DNA of 64,000 nt from a bacterium (lineage in GTDB: Bacteria; Patescibacteriota; Patescibacteriia; Patescibacteriales; UBA12465). The notes under the pieces are model-generated. The model made no database searches, was not told the origin of the DNA, and saw nothing but the letters and a program-made list of their open reading frames with translations. Every line of letters begins with the position of its first letter. Position 1 is the first letter of the stretch. Shown here in pieces: positions 1 through 11,200 of this stretch. Position numbers and translations under genes: made by a program. Location of the stretch: contig DAOMZR010000002.1 of assembly GCA_035400585.1 (NCBI GenBank), positions 145,121 through 209,120 on the forward strand. The letters run 5' to 3'.

Positions 1-412
1 CAACCAGCCCACCAACAATCACCGTCCAAACTGGAATTAAATACCATCTTAAATCAAAAACAAAAATTATAACCGAAAGAGAAATAATAAATAGATAAAA
101 AAACAATTCTAAAAAAGAAAAACCATGCTTCAAGGAGAGATAATAAGACAGGGCAAACAAAATACCAGTTATTAATTCTACTAGTGGATATTGCCAAGAA
201 ATTTTTTCATCACAAAAACGACATCTGCCTTTTAAAATTATAAAGCTTAGAAGGGGGATGTTGTCATACCATTTAAGTTCTTTGCCACAATTAGGACAGT
301 ATGATCTACCCAAAACAGTCTCCTCTTTGTATAAACGCCAAATCAAACAATTCAAAAAACTACCGATTATCAAGCCAAAAGCAAACATAAAAAAAATAAA
401 AAACAATTCCAT
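1..412 (-). CDS. pilD: Prepilin peptidase (A24 family), runs off the left edge of the window
   Basis: Hand translation from ATG at 412: MELFFIFFMFAFGLIIGSFLNCLIWRL...GRSYCPNCGKELKWYDNIPLLSFIILKGRCRFC..ISWQYPLVEL, the PilD N-terminal Zn-binding domain motifs; not in the ORF track. Confidence 0.9.
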   Translation of the reverse strand, partial: MELFFIFFMFAFGLIIGSFLNCLIWRLYKEETVLGRSYCPNCGKELKWYDNIPLLSFIILKGRCRFCDEKISWQYPLVELITGILFALSYYLSLKHGFSFLELFFYLFIISLSVIIFVFDLRWYLIPVWTVIVGGLV

Positions 413-443
413 TGTTAACATATATTTAAAATAAATTATATTA

Positions 444-2456
444 CTATTTTACACCATTATTATTAATTTTAAAATGAACACTGTTAATTTCGTAATCAAT
501 TAAACTTTTGTAATATATTAAACGATTACGACTAACATCACTTTCTATTTCACCACCTGGAAGCAGGCTGCTTACTTTATAAAACAGATTTAAAGATTCT
601 TCTAATTTATTAAAAATTATTTTATGTCTAGCATAATTAAGATAAAGATCGGGAAAGTTGGATGATTTTAAAATTAATTCCAAGAACTTATCTTCCGACT
701 TTTTTTCTTCACCTAAAACAGAAAATATTTTACTCTCAGCAAAATTCAAAAAAAACGAATTGCTATTACTTAAAATCTTTCTTTTTTCTATTCTGTTTAA
801 AACATTTTCTAGTTCTTTTTTGGCCAAATAATCCATTGATTTTTCGTAAAAATATCCTCTAGTATAGTTGCCAAAAATAGTATCCACCAAATAATAAGCA
901 TAATCATCATACATATAGCCCTTTTTATCTATATAGGAAAACATCAATATTCCTTCGCCAAACTTCCCCTGGCTTAAATATCTTTTTGCTTGAAAAAAAT
1001 AGTAATCATTAGTCAAAAAATCTGCCTGTTTTTTAATGCCAAAAATCGAAATAAATAATACTAAAATGAAAAACAAATATTTTAACAAAATAAATTTTTG
1101 TTTTTTATTGTAATCATCATTTTTGTCAGCCACAAACAAATCAGGGAAAAATATTTTAACATTTAAAACAATAGAAATTGATAATAAAACTAAAAACAAA
1201 ACAACAGAAGTTAGCGATGAAAAATTAAACTGCAAAAAAACAAAATAAGCCAAAAACGAAGACGACAAAGCAACGTTTAATTCCTTGTTGTCACTCTTAT
1301 TAATATTTTTTAATAACAATTTTGTTAATTGAAAAACAAGGAATATAAAAAAAACAAAACCAAAAACGCCCAGGGTTAATAAAACATCTAAAAAAACATT
1401 GTGTGATCTATCAAAAACAACGTTAACAACATTAAATTTACCCCAATCTTTCTCATAGTGAACAATCAAGGCTTCTCTCTGATTTTCCAGGCCGTGCCCT
1501 AAAGGCCTTTTTAAAAAAGCCTCAAAAGCTTTAGGCCACAACAGAGATCTGGAGGCCGTACTTCCGGAGTCAAAATTAAAAGAAGACAACACTCTCTGCT
1601 TAAAATCATTACTAACTGAAAATAAAAGCGAAAATAATAACAAAAAAGCAAAAAACGAAGTATAAAAAATTCTTTTATTATTTTTAAAATACAAAACCGC
1701 TAAATAAAAAATAAGACCAACGACAAAACCCAACCAAGCAGAGCGACTTCCTGAAAAAAATAAAGCAATTAGTTCAGAAGCAAAAACTAATAAATAAAAG
1801 CCTTTGCTTAAAAAACTTTTTTTCGATTTAAGTAGATAAAACGAAATTGGTAAAATTAAAATTAAAAACAAACCAAGAGAATTGGGCTGTCCGAGAGAAG
1901 AAAATGATCGACCAGTTAAACGAGCTGGCTCCGTCCATTGAAAAAAGTCAAGACCAAAAAATTGAAAAATAGCATAAATTGAAACAAAAAAACCAGAGAG
2001 AGTAATAGTAAAGAAGATTCTAAACATTCTGTTTTTATAATTATTAGAAATAATAATATCTACAACCAAAAAAACAAAAAATAGTAACAACAACAAATAA
2101 TTTAACCAGCCAAATTGCCTATCCAATGAACCATAAAAGGCCGCATAACGATCAATCGACCACATAATAGACAGCAAGGAAAAAATCAAAAAAACAAAAA
2201 CTGGCCAAAAATAGTTTTTAAATAAAATAAAAAAAATATTTTTAAATCTATTAAAATCGCTTACAAAAATCAACTTTAAGGAAGAAAATAACAGTAAAAC
2301 AAAAAACAAAGAACGAAAAATAAAAAACTTATGAAATTCAAATATTTCGTTTGTTTCTAAATAAAAACAGAAATAAAGAGGAACACAAAATATTATTAAC
2401 AAAAACAAGCCCTCTACCAAAAAATTTAAAAATTTACCGATATTAAATTTACTCAT
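444..2456 (-). CDS. O-antigen ligase/Wzy_C-family membrane protein with C-terminal TPR-like region (possible oligosaccharyltransferase)
   Basis: Many TM segments; SSLGQPN, SGSRSAWLG, R..LW, GHGLE and DRSHNVFLD motifs typical of Wzy_C/O-antigen ligases; adjacent to pilD. Confidence 0.75.
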   Translation of the reverse strand: MSKFNIGKFLNFLVEGLFLLIIFCVPLYFCFYLETNEIFEFHKFFIFRSLFFVLLLFSSLKLIFVSDFNRFKNIFFILFKNYFWPVFVFLIFSLLSIMWSIDRYAAFYGSLDRQFGWLNYLLLLLFFVFLVVDIIISNNYKNRMFRIFFTITLSGFFVSIYAIFQFFGLDFFQWTEPARLTGRSFSSLGQPNSLGLFLILILPISFYLLKSKKSFLSKGFYLLVFASELIALFFSGSRSAWLGFVVGLIFYLAVLYFKNNKRIFYTSFFAFLLLFSLLFSVSNDFKQRVLSSFNFDSGSTASRSLLWPKAFEAFLKRPLGHGLENQREALIVHYEKDWGKFNVVNVVFDRSHNVFLDVLLTLGVFGFVFFIFLVFQLTKLLLKNINKSDNKELNVALSSSFLAYFVFLQFNFSSLTSVVLFLVLLSISIVLNVKIFFPDLFVADKNDDYNKKQKFILLKYLFFILVLFISIFGIKKQADFLTNDYYFFQAKRYLSQGKFGEGILMFSYIDKKGYMYDDYAYYLVDTIFGNYTRGYFYEKSMDYLAKKELENVLNRIEKRKILSNSNSFFLNFAESKIFSVLGEEKKSEDKFLELILKSSNFPDLYLNYARHKIIFNKLEESLNLFYKVSSLLPGGEIESDVSRNRLIYYKSLIDYEINSVHFKINNNGVK

Positions 2457-2474
2457 ATATTTAATTATAACAAA

Positions 2475-2502
2475 AAGGACGAAAATTATAAAATTTTCGT
2501 CC
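2475..2502. terminator. Hairpin downstream of secF
   Basis: AGGACGAAAATT-ATA-AAATTTTCGTCCT inverted repeat with A-run on the left (U-tract on the minus strand). Confidence 0.55.
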
Positions 2503-2524
2503 TAAATAAGAAAAGCAAGTCAAT

Positions 2525-3466
2525 TTATTTTCTTCTTTTATCAAACATAACCAACAGAGAGCTAGCAATAAAAATAGAGCTATAAGTACCAACAAAAATT
2601 CCAATTGATAAAGCCAAGACAAAATCCATAATAGTTTTTCCGCCAAAAAATAAGATTGCAAGCAAAACTAGAAGGGTTGTAAAAGAAGTATTGATAGATC
2701 TTACTAAGGTTTGATTTATGCTTTTATCAATTGTGCCCACAAAAGAGTCATCGCTCTTTGGTAAATTTTCTCTAATTCTATCAAAAACGATAATAGTGTC
2801 ATTTACGCTATAGCCTAAAACAGTCAAAATAGCAGCTATAAAGGGGGTATTTATTTCAGTGCCATAAAATTTACCCAAGAAAGCAAAGACACCCAAAACA
2901 ATCAAAACATCATGAAACAAGGCAACTATGGCAGAAATGCCATAATTCCAAGAGGAAACTGGCTTAGAGACTTTTCTGAAAACAAAAGCAACATATAAAA
3001 TAATTAGAATCAAAACTATAGCAACGGTGTTAAAAGACTTACTTTTTAACTCCTTACCGATTGATGGTCCAACAGAATCAAAACGAAGTTCTTCAAAAAA
3101 AGTTTTAGCTTCTCCTTCATCGGTCTGATCAACGCTTGAACTATTCAAATCAAGAGCGTATTGATTTAGTCTTTCAAAAACTAAATCATGAGTACCATTG
3201 TCAATTTGTTTAAACTTAAGAATAAATGTTCCGTCTTCTGTCGGCTGAACAGATAAACTGCTTAAATTTAAATCATTCAATTTGTCCCTGATTTCAAACG
3301 CGCTAGGACTATTTTCTGAAAATTTTACTTCCATCAAACTGCCACCTGTGAAATCTATACCAAAATTAAAACCCCAAAGAAAAATAAAAACCATTGAGGT
3401 CGCCATCAATAAGGCAGATAAAGATAGCCAAATTTTTCTATTTTTTACAACTTTTAAATTCACCAT
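2525..3466 (-). CDS. secF: Protein translocase subunit SecF
   Basis: GIDFTGGS, SVGPSIG, GYSVNDTIIVFDRIREN and RSINTS motifs. Confidence 0.97.
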   Translation of the reverse strand: MVNLKVVKNRKIWLSLSALLMATSMVFIFLWGFNFGIDFTGGSLMEVKFSENSPSAFEIRDKLNDLNLSSLSVQPTEDGTFILKFKQIDNGTHDLVFERLNQYALDLNSSSVDQTDEGEAKTFFEELRFDSVGPSIGKELKSKSFNTVAIVLILIILYVAFVFRKVSKPVSSWNYGISAIVALFHDVLIVLGVFAFLGKFYGTEINTPFIAAILTVLGYSVNDTIIVFDRIRENLPKSDDSFVGTIDKSINQTLVRSINTSFTTLLVLLAILFFGGKTIMDFVLALSIGIFVGTYSSIFIASSLLVMFDKRRK

Positions 3467-3482
3467 ATTGTTAAAATATTAA

Positions 3483-5378
3483 TTAATTTTTATCTTTTAT
3501 TTTAACGCCAAACAAGAATCCCATTTTTTCCATCTTTTTTCCCAAGAAAACCAACAAAAAGCTTCTGGTTATTACTATAGCGCTAAACATTGAAATTGAA
3601 ACACCAATGAATAAGGTTGTTCCGAATCCTTTTAAAACACCGGTTCCAAAGCTCATTAAAACCAAACACATTAGCAAAGTAGAAAAATTTCCATCTCTAA
3701 TCGAAGGCCAAGCACGTCTAGTTCCCTCGTCGACCGCATCCCTTAAACTTCTTCCCGATCTTACCTCTTCCTTAATTCTTTCAAATATTAAAACATTGGC
3801 ATCAACAGCCATTCCAATTGATAAAATAAAACCAGCAACACCGGCTAAAGTAAGAGTAACTGAATTTAATCCATAAACAAACAAAACAACTCCGATAGCG
3901 ACAAACAATATAGTAAGAGGAAAATCTAGTATTTTTAATTCATCAAAAGCCATCAAAATTAAAGCTACAAAAAGCAATCCAAAAGTCAAAGAAAAAGCTA
4001 AAGGCAAAGCTTTAAAAATGGCCAAAACACTTAAACCATAAATAATAAGAGAAAATACTGATGATAAACCAAAAAATCTATAAAATATCAACATGAACAA
4101 GGCCACTAAGATAATACCTATAATTCCAGCCTCTAAACTGTCAACAATAGATTGATGTCCTAAGGTAGCTCCCACTGTTTTTTGATTAATAAGTTCTATC
4201 GGAACTGGTAGAGCGCCAGCCTTCAATCTTTGCACCAACTCTTTGGCTTCATCAATAGTAAAATTACCACTAATAACTGCTTTTCCACCGGAAATTTTTT
4301 CATTAACATTAGGAACACTAATTGGATAATCATCTAAATAAATAGCTACTGGTCGACCAACATTTCTTTCTGTTATTTGTTCAAACAATTGTGAACCTTC
4401 TTCATCAAACTCCAAAGAAACTTCCGGTCGATTGTCATTAGGATTAAATTGCAAGACAGCTCTTTTCAGATTTTTTCCAGTTAATTCAGTATTCTTCCAG
4501 TTTTCTGACATACTTTTCAAATAATCTTCTGTCATTTTAATCAAAGCTATTTCTCGAACCTTGTATTCTTGTAATTTGGATTCTTCACCCATTCTTTTGT
4601 CTTCCAGTTTTAAAACTTTAATAAAGTTTTCATTTTCAAAAACACTAGAAATTTGGCCAACAGATAAATCTTTTACTAAATTATAGTTTTCTGGATCATT
4701 TTCGTTTATCCAGCCCAAATCGCCATTATTTTCTGTACCAGGAGAATTTGGATCATCAGAAACTTTAAGAGGGGTATTGTTGGCAATGGCTAATTGAGCA
4801 AAATCATTACCTTCATTTATTTTTTGTAATATTTCATCCATTTTAGTTTGAAGGCCTTGATTGTAATTATTCATCAAACTTAAAGATTGTTCGTCAATGC
4901 TAATATTTTCAGTATCTTGCTCTTTAAATTCCAATTTAGGAGTTTCGCCAATTTCCTTAATAGCATCATCTACATTTTTAATTCCAGCCAATTCAACTAT
5001 AATTCGATAATCATTATCTATGGTCTTGTTAATTTGAATTACCGGCTCACTAACACCAAAAGTATTCACCCTTCTTTCAATAACATCCCTAACGCCATCT
5101 AGTAAATCGTCTTTATCGGCATCGCTAATATTAGAAACATCGGCCTGATAAATTAATTGAGAGCCGCCTTGAAGATCCAATCCTAATCTGAATTGATTTT
5201 CTTTAATTTTTGGCAAAACAATAGTATTGCTAGTTTTTTCTGCTAGCCATGAAGAAAAAGCATTATACTTATAGTCTCCAATTTGGATAGCAACCAATAA
5301 AAAGAAAACGACCACTAAACCGAATATCCAGCCATTCTTTTTTTTGCTGGAAAAAAAACTTATTTTTTGTTTAGACAT
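3483..5378 (-). CDS. secD: Protein translocase subunit SecD with inserted parvulin-like segment
   Basis: LGLDLQGG, RRVNTFGVSEP, GALPVP, GMAVDANVLIFERIKEE; ATG at 5378 preferred over the TTG at 5417. Confidence 0.96.
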   Translation of the reverse strand: MSKQKISFFSSKKKNGWIFGLVVVFFLLVAIQIGDYKYNAFSSWLAEKTSNTIVLPKIKENQFRLGLDLQGGSQLIYQADVSNISDADKDDLLDGVRDVIERRVNTFGVSEPVIQINKTIDNDYRIIVELAGIKNVDDAIKEIGETPKLEFKEQDTENISIDEQSLSLMNNYNQGLQTKMDEILQKINEGNDFAQLAIANNTPLKVSDDPNSPGTENNGDLGWINENDPENYNLVKDLSVGQISSVFENENFIKVLKLEDKRMGEESKLQEYKVREIALIKMTEDYLKSMSENWKNTELTGKNLKRAVLQFNPNDNRPEVSLEFDEEGSQLFEQITERNVGRPVAIYLDDYPISVPNVNEKISGGKAVISGNFTIDEAKELVQRLKAGALPVPIELINQKTVGATLGHQSIVDSLEAGIIGIILVALFMLIFYRFFGLSSVFSLIIYGLSVLAIFKALPLAFSLTFGLLFVALILMAFDELKILDFPLTILFVAIGVVLFVYGLNSVTLTLAGVAGFILSIGMAVDANVLIFERIKEEVRSGRSLRDAVDEGTRRAWPSIRDGNFSTLLMCLVLMSFGTGVLKGFGTTLFIGVSISMFSAIVITRSFLLVFLGKKMEKMGFLFGVKIKDKN

Positions 5379-5570
5379 AATATATAGATAACTTATTATT
5401 TTAAAATCTAAAAACAAGACTAAAAACAGGTTAAAACACCTGTCTTTCTAATATACTATATTAAAAGAAGATAAAAATCAAGGGTTTCCCTGGTTGTAAA
5501 AGTGGATAATTTGTGTTAAAATACAAAATGAAATTATATCTAAGATTTCATTAAAAACTAATAAAAAAAT

Positions 5571-6149
5571 ATGACTTTAATACCAACGGTTATTGAAAAA
5601 AGCAGTCAGGGAGAAAGGGCTTACGACATTTATTCCAGACTATTAAAAGATAGGATAGTTTTTCTGGGCGAACAAATAAATGATTACACCGCCAATATTA
5701 TAATTGCTCAGTTACTATTTTTAGATGCCGAAGACAAAACAAAAGATATAAAATTTTACATTAATTCACCTGGTGGATCGGTTGTGGCTGGTTTAGCTAT
5801 TTATGATACAATGCAGTATGTAAAATGTGATGTTTCTACTATCTGCGTGGGAATGGCCGCTTCTATGGCTTCAATTCTTTTGGCAGCCGGGACTCCAGGC
5901 AAAAGAATGTCTTTGCCTAACAGTGAAATAATGATTCATCAAGTTATGGGTGGTTTTGAAGGCCAAGCTAGCGACATCAAAATACACGCCGAACACATAA
6001 TAAAAATAAAGGACAAAATGAATAGAATTTTAGCAAAACATACCGGGCGAAAAATTACAGAAATTGAGAAAGATAGTGACCGAGATTATTTTATGGGGGC
6101 TGAAGAGGCTAAAAAATACGGAATAATTGATAAAATAATCACAAAATAA
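5571..6149 (+). CDS. clpP: ATP-dependent Clp protease proteolytic subunit
   Basis: [30 protein letters not shown] (catalytic Ser), IMIHQ. Confidence 0.98.
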   Translation: MTLIPTVIEKSSQGERAYDIYSRLLKDRIVFLGEQINDYTANIIIAQLLFLDAEDKTKDIKFYINSPGGSVVAGLAIYDTMQYVKCDVSTICVGMAASMASILLAAGTPGKRMSLPNSEIMIHQVMGGFEGQASDIKIHAEHIIKIKDKMNRILAKHTGRKITEIEKDSDRDYFMGAEEAKKYGIIDKIITK

Positions 6150-6174
6150 TATTGAAAAGATTGTTAAGATAAAC

Positions 6175-6206
6175 AAAAAAAGACCAAAATATTTGGTCTT
6201 TTTTTT
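6175..6206. terminator. Bidirectional intrinsic terminator
   Basis: A-run, AGACCAAA-ata-TTTGGTCT, T-run between convergent genes. Confidence 0.75.
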
Positions 6207-6224
6207 ATTTTTAAAATCAAACCG

Positions 6225-7352
6225 TTATTTCAATTTAAAGGAGTTAATCATCATTCTAAAAATATTATAATAACTAGCCATTTTATTTTCTGGAAAACTA
6301 TAAACTATACTATAAACATTTTCTTTTTTATCATCGGTTAAATAAAATGAGTAAAAGTCAGAACTATAGACGCCAGACCAACCTTCTTTTTCTATAACTG
6401 ACAAAGAATCAGCCACTTCAAAGAATCTAGAAAAATACCAAGACTCTATATTTTTCTTATCTTCATTTTTTTCAACTAAAACTTGAATAAATGAACTATC
6501 ATCGATTAAGAAAATAACCGAGGTGCCATCGGACAGAGCTTTAATTTCAAATTTTTTAGGATAAAAAATATCATAAGAAAATGAACCGTTTGAATGCTTG
6601 TCAATGTTCGGATTGGTTGATATAGCCCCCTGACCAGCTGGATTGTATAAATTAGTAAGCTCTGTTAAATCATCATAACCATCGCTATCACTGTCTACAC
6701 TAATATTATTAGTGCCCAAAAGACTTTCCTCGTCATCGTTCAAACCGTCACCATCAGTATCTGAAAAAGAATCAAACATAATAACATCATCTTGATTGAT
6801 GTTTTCTTCAGTTGTTGTGTTGGTTTCATCGGAAGTGTCTGTATTAATTATATCACTTGAACTAGCAACGTCTGTTTCGTCAATAAAGGGCAACTCATCA
6901 ATTTCATTTTGCTCATTTGATTGTTCTTCTATAGTGTTTTCTTCCGAGATATTTTTGTTTTCCAGTTCTTCACTTACAATATTATTATTGGTTTTATTAA
7001 TGTTTGATAAAAAACTAAATGAAGGCATTTTCAGAGAAAAATTTTGAGGATCTTTAATATAAGAAAAAACTGCATAGGCCAAAAAGGCGACGATAATAAC
7101 ACCAAAAAAAACAATTAAAAAACCGATTTTTTTCCCTTGATGTTTTTTTTCTTGTTGATTTTTTTCTTCCAAAACTGATCCTGAAAAATTGTCTGCTGAA
7201 TCACTTTTTTTAACAGCTGTTTCGAACCTTCCTGACTTATAACCCTTTGGCATTCTGTGAACATTAAAAACAGGATTTTTAATTTGTTTTTTTTCAGAAT
7301 CAACTGAACCATCGCTAGAATTTTCCTTCTTTAAGTTCTTATCATCAATCAT
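6225..7352 (-). CDS. Single-pass membrane protein with acidic linker, DxDxDG Ca-binding (thrombospondin-3-like) repeats and C-terminal PsbP-like region
   Basis: One TM helix; DTDGDGLNDDEE and DSDSDGYDD repeats; YDIFYP motif. Confidence 0.65.
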   Translation of the reverse strand: MIDDKNLKKENSSDGSVDSEKKQIKNPVFNVHRMPKGYKSGRFETAVKKSDSADNFSGSVLEEKNQQEKKHQGKKIGFLIVFFGVIIVAFLAYAVFSYIKDPQNFSLKMPSFSFLSNINKTNNNIVSEELENKNISEENTIEEQSNEQNEIDELPFIDETDVASSSDIINTDTSDETNTTTEENINQDDVIMFDSFSDTDGDGLNDDEESLLGTNNISVDSDSDGYDDLTELTNLYNPAGQGAISTNPNIDKHSNGSFSYDIFYPKKFEIKALSDGTSVIFLIDDSSFIQVLVEKNEDKKNIESWYFSRFFEVADSLSVIEKEGWSGVYSSDFYSFYLTDDKKENVYSIVYSFPENKMASYYNIFRMMINSFKLK

Positions 7353-7363
7353 AAATAATAAAA

Positions 7364-8155
7364 TTAAAGACTAAATTTTTCTACTAAATTTGAAAATTTT
7401 TGTTTAAACATCTCTAAATTTTTAAATAAAGAAGTATCTATAACGCCACCACCCAATGGATTGTAGCCACTGTTCATCTCTTGTCCATCAAGATAAGTGT
7501 CCCCGTCTGTGTCTTGGTTTAATGGATCGGTTCCAATTATCAATACTTCTTCAGAGTCGCTTAAACCATCACCATCAGAATCAGGATTATATAAATTGGT
7601 TTTGTAAGTGTATGTTTCGTCGTAATCACTAAGGCCATCGTTGTCGGAATCTAAGTTTTTTAAAACATCTTCTGGTGATGGTTCGTCGCCCATAATATCG
7701 TCACTACTCGTTGCTTCATTTTCATCTATTAAAATATTTTCGTCGACAACAGTTGAACCTTCTGGTTCTCGATTGTTGTTTTGTTCTTCATTTGTCTCAC
7801 TTTCTTCTTGATTAACATTTTGTTGATTTGTCTGTTCTAATGCTTGTTTGTTTTGCATTGATTTTGGCAGAAGAATCTGAGAATAAACAAAGTAAGCACC
7901 AGCGCCAATCAAGGCAATAACGATTATAAAAATAAACATTTTTTTCAAAATACCGCTGCTCTTTTTTTCATCATCATACAAAGATGAGTTGGAAATTTTT
8001 TCATTTTTCAAGCCGTTGCCTGAACTCATTGCTGGAGGTTGATTATTAATTTGATTTCTAAAATTTTGACCGATATTTTTACTAGCTGAATTTGGATCAG
8101 TGTCGGCAAAAATATCGTCAACTCCGTCCGATTTTTTTTGTAAATTGTCGAACAT
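7364..8155 (-). CDS. Single-pass membrane protein with DxDxDG Ca-binding (TSP3-like) repeats
   Basis: One TM helix; DSDNDGLSDYDE, DSDGDGLSDSEE, DTDGDTYLDGQE, GYNPLG. Confidence 0.7.
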   Translation of the reverse strand: MFDNLQKKSDGVDDIFADTDPNSASKNIGQNFRNQINNQPPAMSSGNGLKNEKISNSSLYDDEKKSSGILKKMFIFIIVIALIGAGAYFVYSQILLPKSMQNKQALEQTNQQNVNQEESETNEEQNNNREPEGSTVVDENILIDENEATSSDDIMGDEPSPEDVLKNLDSDNDGLSDYDETYTYKTNLYNPDSDGDGLSDSEEVLIIGTDPLNQDTDGDTYLDGQEMNSGYNPLGGGVIDTSLFKNLEMFKQKFSNLVEKFSL

Positions 8156-8234
8156 AAAATTTTTATTAATTTTAACTATTTTTATTAATTAAATTATAGC
8201 ACAAAAGATGTTTATATAAAATAACTTATATAAA

Positions 8235-11200
8235 TTATTGAAAACACATATAAGAACCACCAGAATCGTAACAACCAAAATCAGCATAAACATGTGTGTC
8301 ACTGCTTATAGTAAAAGAACAATAAGGCTGAGAGCCAAAACATGGACCAGTCCAATTTTCAAAAACAGTAGGAGAATATGCTGAAGCTTCTAGGTTAATT
8401 GTTGAACCATTGTTGACAGTATATTCACACATAAAGTCGGTGCAATTTCCTTTATATGAACCATTTTCTTGTACTGAGACATTTGATCCATATTCATAAC
8501 CATTGATAAAAACAGTGAGTGTTCTAGGCATTGAAAGTGTCGTAAAATTAGCAACCAAACTACTGTAAGCAGTGCCGGCGCTGTTTATAGCATAGGCTCT
8601 AACATAATACATTGAACCAGGGGTTAGGCCGGTTATATTAGACGTAAACGCTCCAGTTCCACTACCACTAACAATTTTAGTGCCAGTGCTTGTTGTAGGC
8701 AAAGTACTAGTTTTAGAATAGACAACGCCTCTTTCTGTGACAGTTGCCCCACCATCACTGGTTACATTACCACCCGACACAGCTGATCCGGTAGTAATAC
8801 TGCTGGTCGGAGCAATGGTAACCGTAGGCAAAGTAACCGCGCTAACCCATTTAGCATACAAAGTTATATTAGATGTTTGATTATAAATGGTCGAAGAAGT
8901 ATATCGAGTACCAGTACCATTTATGCCAGTAAACCAATCACTAAACATGCTTCCACTTTTGGTTGGCGTTGGTAAAGTTCCAATGGCGGAATTATAAGTT
9001 ACAATCTTGCTACTTGGTAAAACACTTCCCCCATCAGCGTTAAAAGATATTGTATAAGTATTAGCTGTCCATTTAGCATACAAAGTCACGCTAGCTGTTC
9101 CCATCGTATAACTAGCTCCGTTAGAATAAATAACCGAGCCAGTAGAAGACGTTGCCCAACCAGCAAAAGAATAACCGGGCTTAACAAATTGATTAAGGGT
9201 CAAATTAGCACTAGCCCCACTAATTATAGATTGACTAGCCATAGTTCCAGTAGCTGAAGCGTCATTTTTATCAAAAATAACAGAGTAGGTTATTGGGGTC
9301 CATTTAGCATACAAAGTAACCGGACTAGTTGTCATGTCCCAAGTTCTAGCACTACTCATTGAATTTGTATAATATTGCGAACCCAGACCACCAGTCTGAT
9401 TGTAATAGCCACCGAAAGAATAACCACTTCTTACCGGAGAAATAGCTGTCGGCATAGCCGATCCATAAGTGGCAACAACACTGCCAGTTCCACTGGTTCC
9501 ACCCTGAGAATCTAAATTGACTGTACTTATGAAGGGCGTCCATTTAGCATAAAGTATTAATCCTGTGCTCGGTATTTGAATCACTGCATTTGGCAAATAA
9601 TTAGAACCAGTTCCATCGGTTTTTGTATTCCAACCGACAAAATTATATCCAGTTTTAACCAATCCACCCTGTCCAGCAATTGTTACATTGGTGCCAGTAT
9701 CTCCTGTTTGAGTTGCCGGAGCTGTCCCCCCAGTTTGACCGTTGCCATTGTAACTAACCGATGAAGTCGTTTTGGTTGTAAAAGGAAAAGTTGATCCATA
9801 AACCGTCCCGAAAGAACTAGTGATATAGGATTTAACTGAATATTCTATGCCAGGAAATAAATTAGACATAGTTAAGGAAAAAGATCCAGAACAAGAAGAA
9901 GAAACAACTTTTGTTTCCGAGACAAAATGACTAGAATCATTAGACCAATATATTAAACCGCACTCTGAAATAGATACATTGCTTGGATTTGAGATTGTCC
10001 CACCAGAAGTAGCCGATGAACTAGTTATATTACTTACATTGGTTGTTGATATACTAGGGGCAACTGGCAAAACAAAAGTTTTGGTATCGCTACTAACACC
10101 AACTCTATCTCCATAAGAATCTCTATTCATGGCAAAGGATTTAAAATAATAAGTCACTCCTGGAGTAAATTTGGAGACAGAAACGCCCTTGCTGAAAGTT
10201 CCAATAGCGTAAGGACTGTTGGCTAAAATACAATTATTAACGTTTAAACTACAAGCACCGATGTACGTTTCTAGAGATGAAGCTGAAGTGCTCCAAACAA
10301 AACCCATTGCTAAAATAGCACTACCAGAAACTAAATCACCGCCACCATTGTCTGACAAATATCCACTAAAATTAATATTTCCACTAGCCAAGGTTTGTTG
10401 ATTGACAGTTACAACCGGATAATCAGCTCTAGTTTTAAAACTTTTGGTTGCTCCGTAAGAAATGCCTGCCTGATTAACCGCATAAGCTCTATAATAATAT
10501 AGATAATTTCTAGTTAAATCGGAAAGTGTGTGTATGTAAGAAGAATTGTCGGATATAGATGCTTCATAGCTACAACCATTATTAGACGCACAAGAGGAAA
10601 CATTAGCAATGCTCAAATTTGAAGATGCTGGCGAGGTTACACATCCTCTACCGCCAACATAATTGCCACCAGCAGATATTATGCGCCCGTTGCATTTAAA
10701 AGAATTCGAGGTTACGTCGGAATGAGATACCGTTTCTACCTCCGGTTTAGTAAAAACACTAAAATTATGAGTACCCTCGCTAGACATTCCAAAGCTATTG
10801 GTAATTTTAGCTTTTATGGTTTTTGCCCCCAAAGAATTAGCTACGCCAGATAAAGTTTTATTAGCAGCGCTAAAAGTTAAAAAACTTGGTTTTTCAATTA
10901 TATCTACTGTAATATATTCGCCCGGCTTGCTAGAAGATATCTCACAACTATAATTATTATTTAGAGCCACCGAATTAGAGCAGTTGTTAAAAACTATACT
11001 TGGAACATCGGCTGTAAAAGTAATATTAAAATTAACTGAGGTTTGCGCTTGATGAGGGTCTTTGGCTGTAATTTTAAAACGATGAGTACCAACGTGGCTA
11101 GAATTAAAAACATTAGGAGTGTTTATCGAATATTTGTTTTTAATCACTAAGGAATAGCTCTCTTTATTAGCATCTAAAATAGATAAAACCATTACCAACT

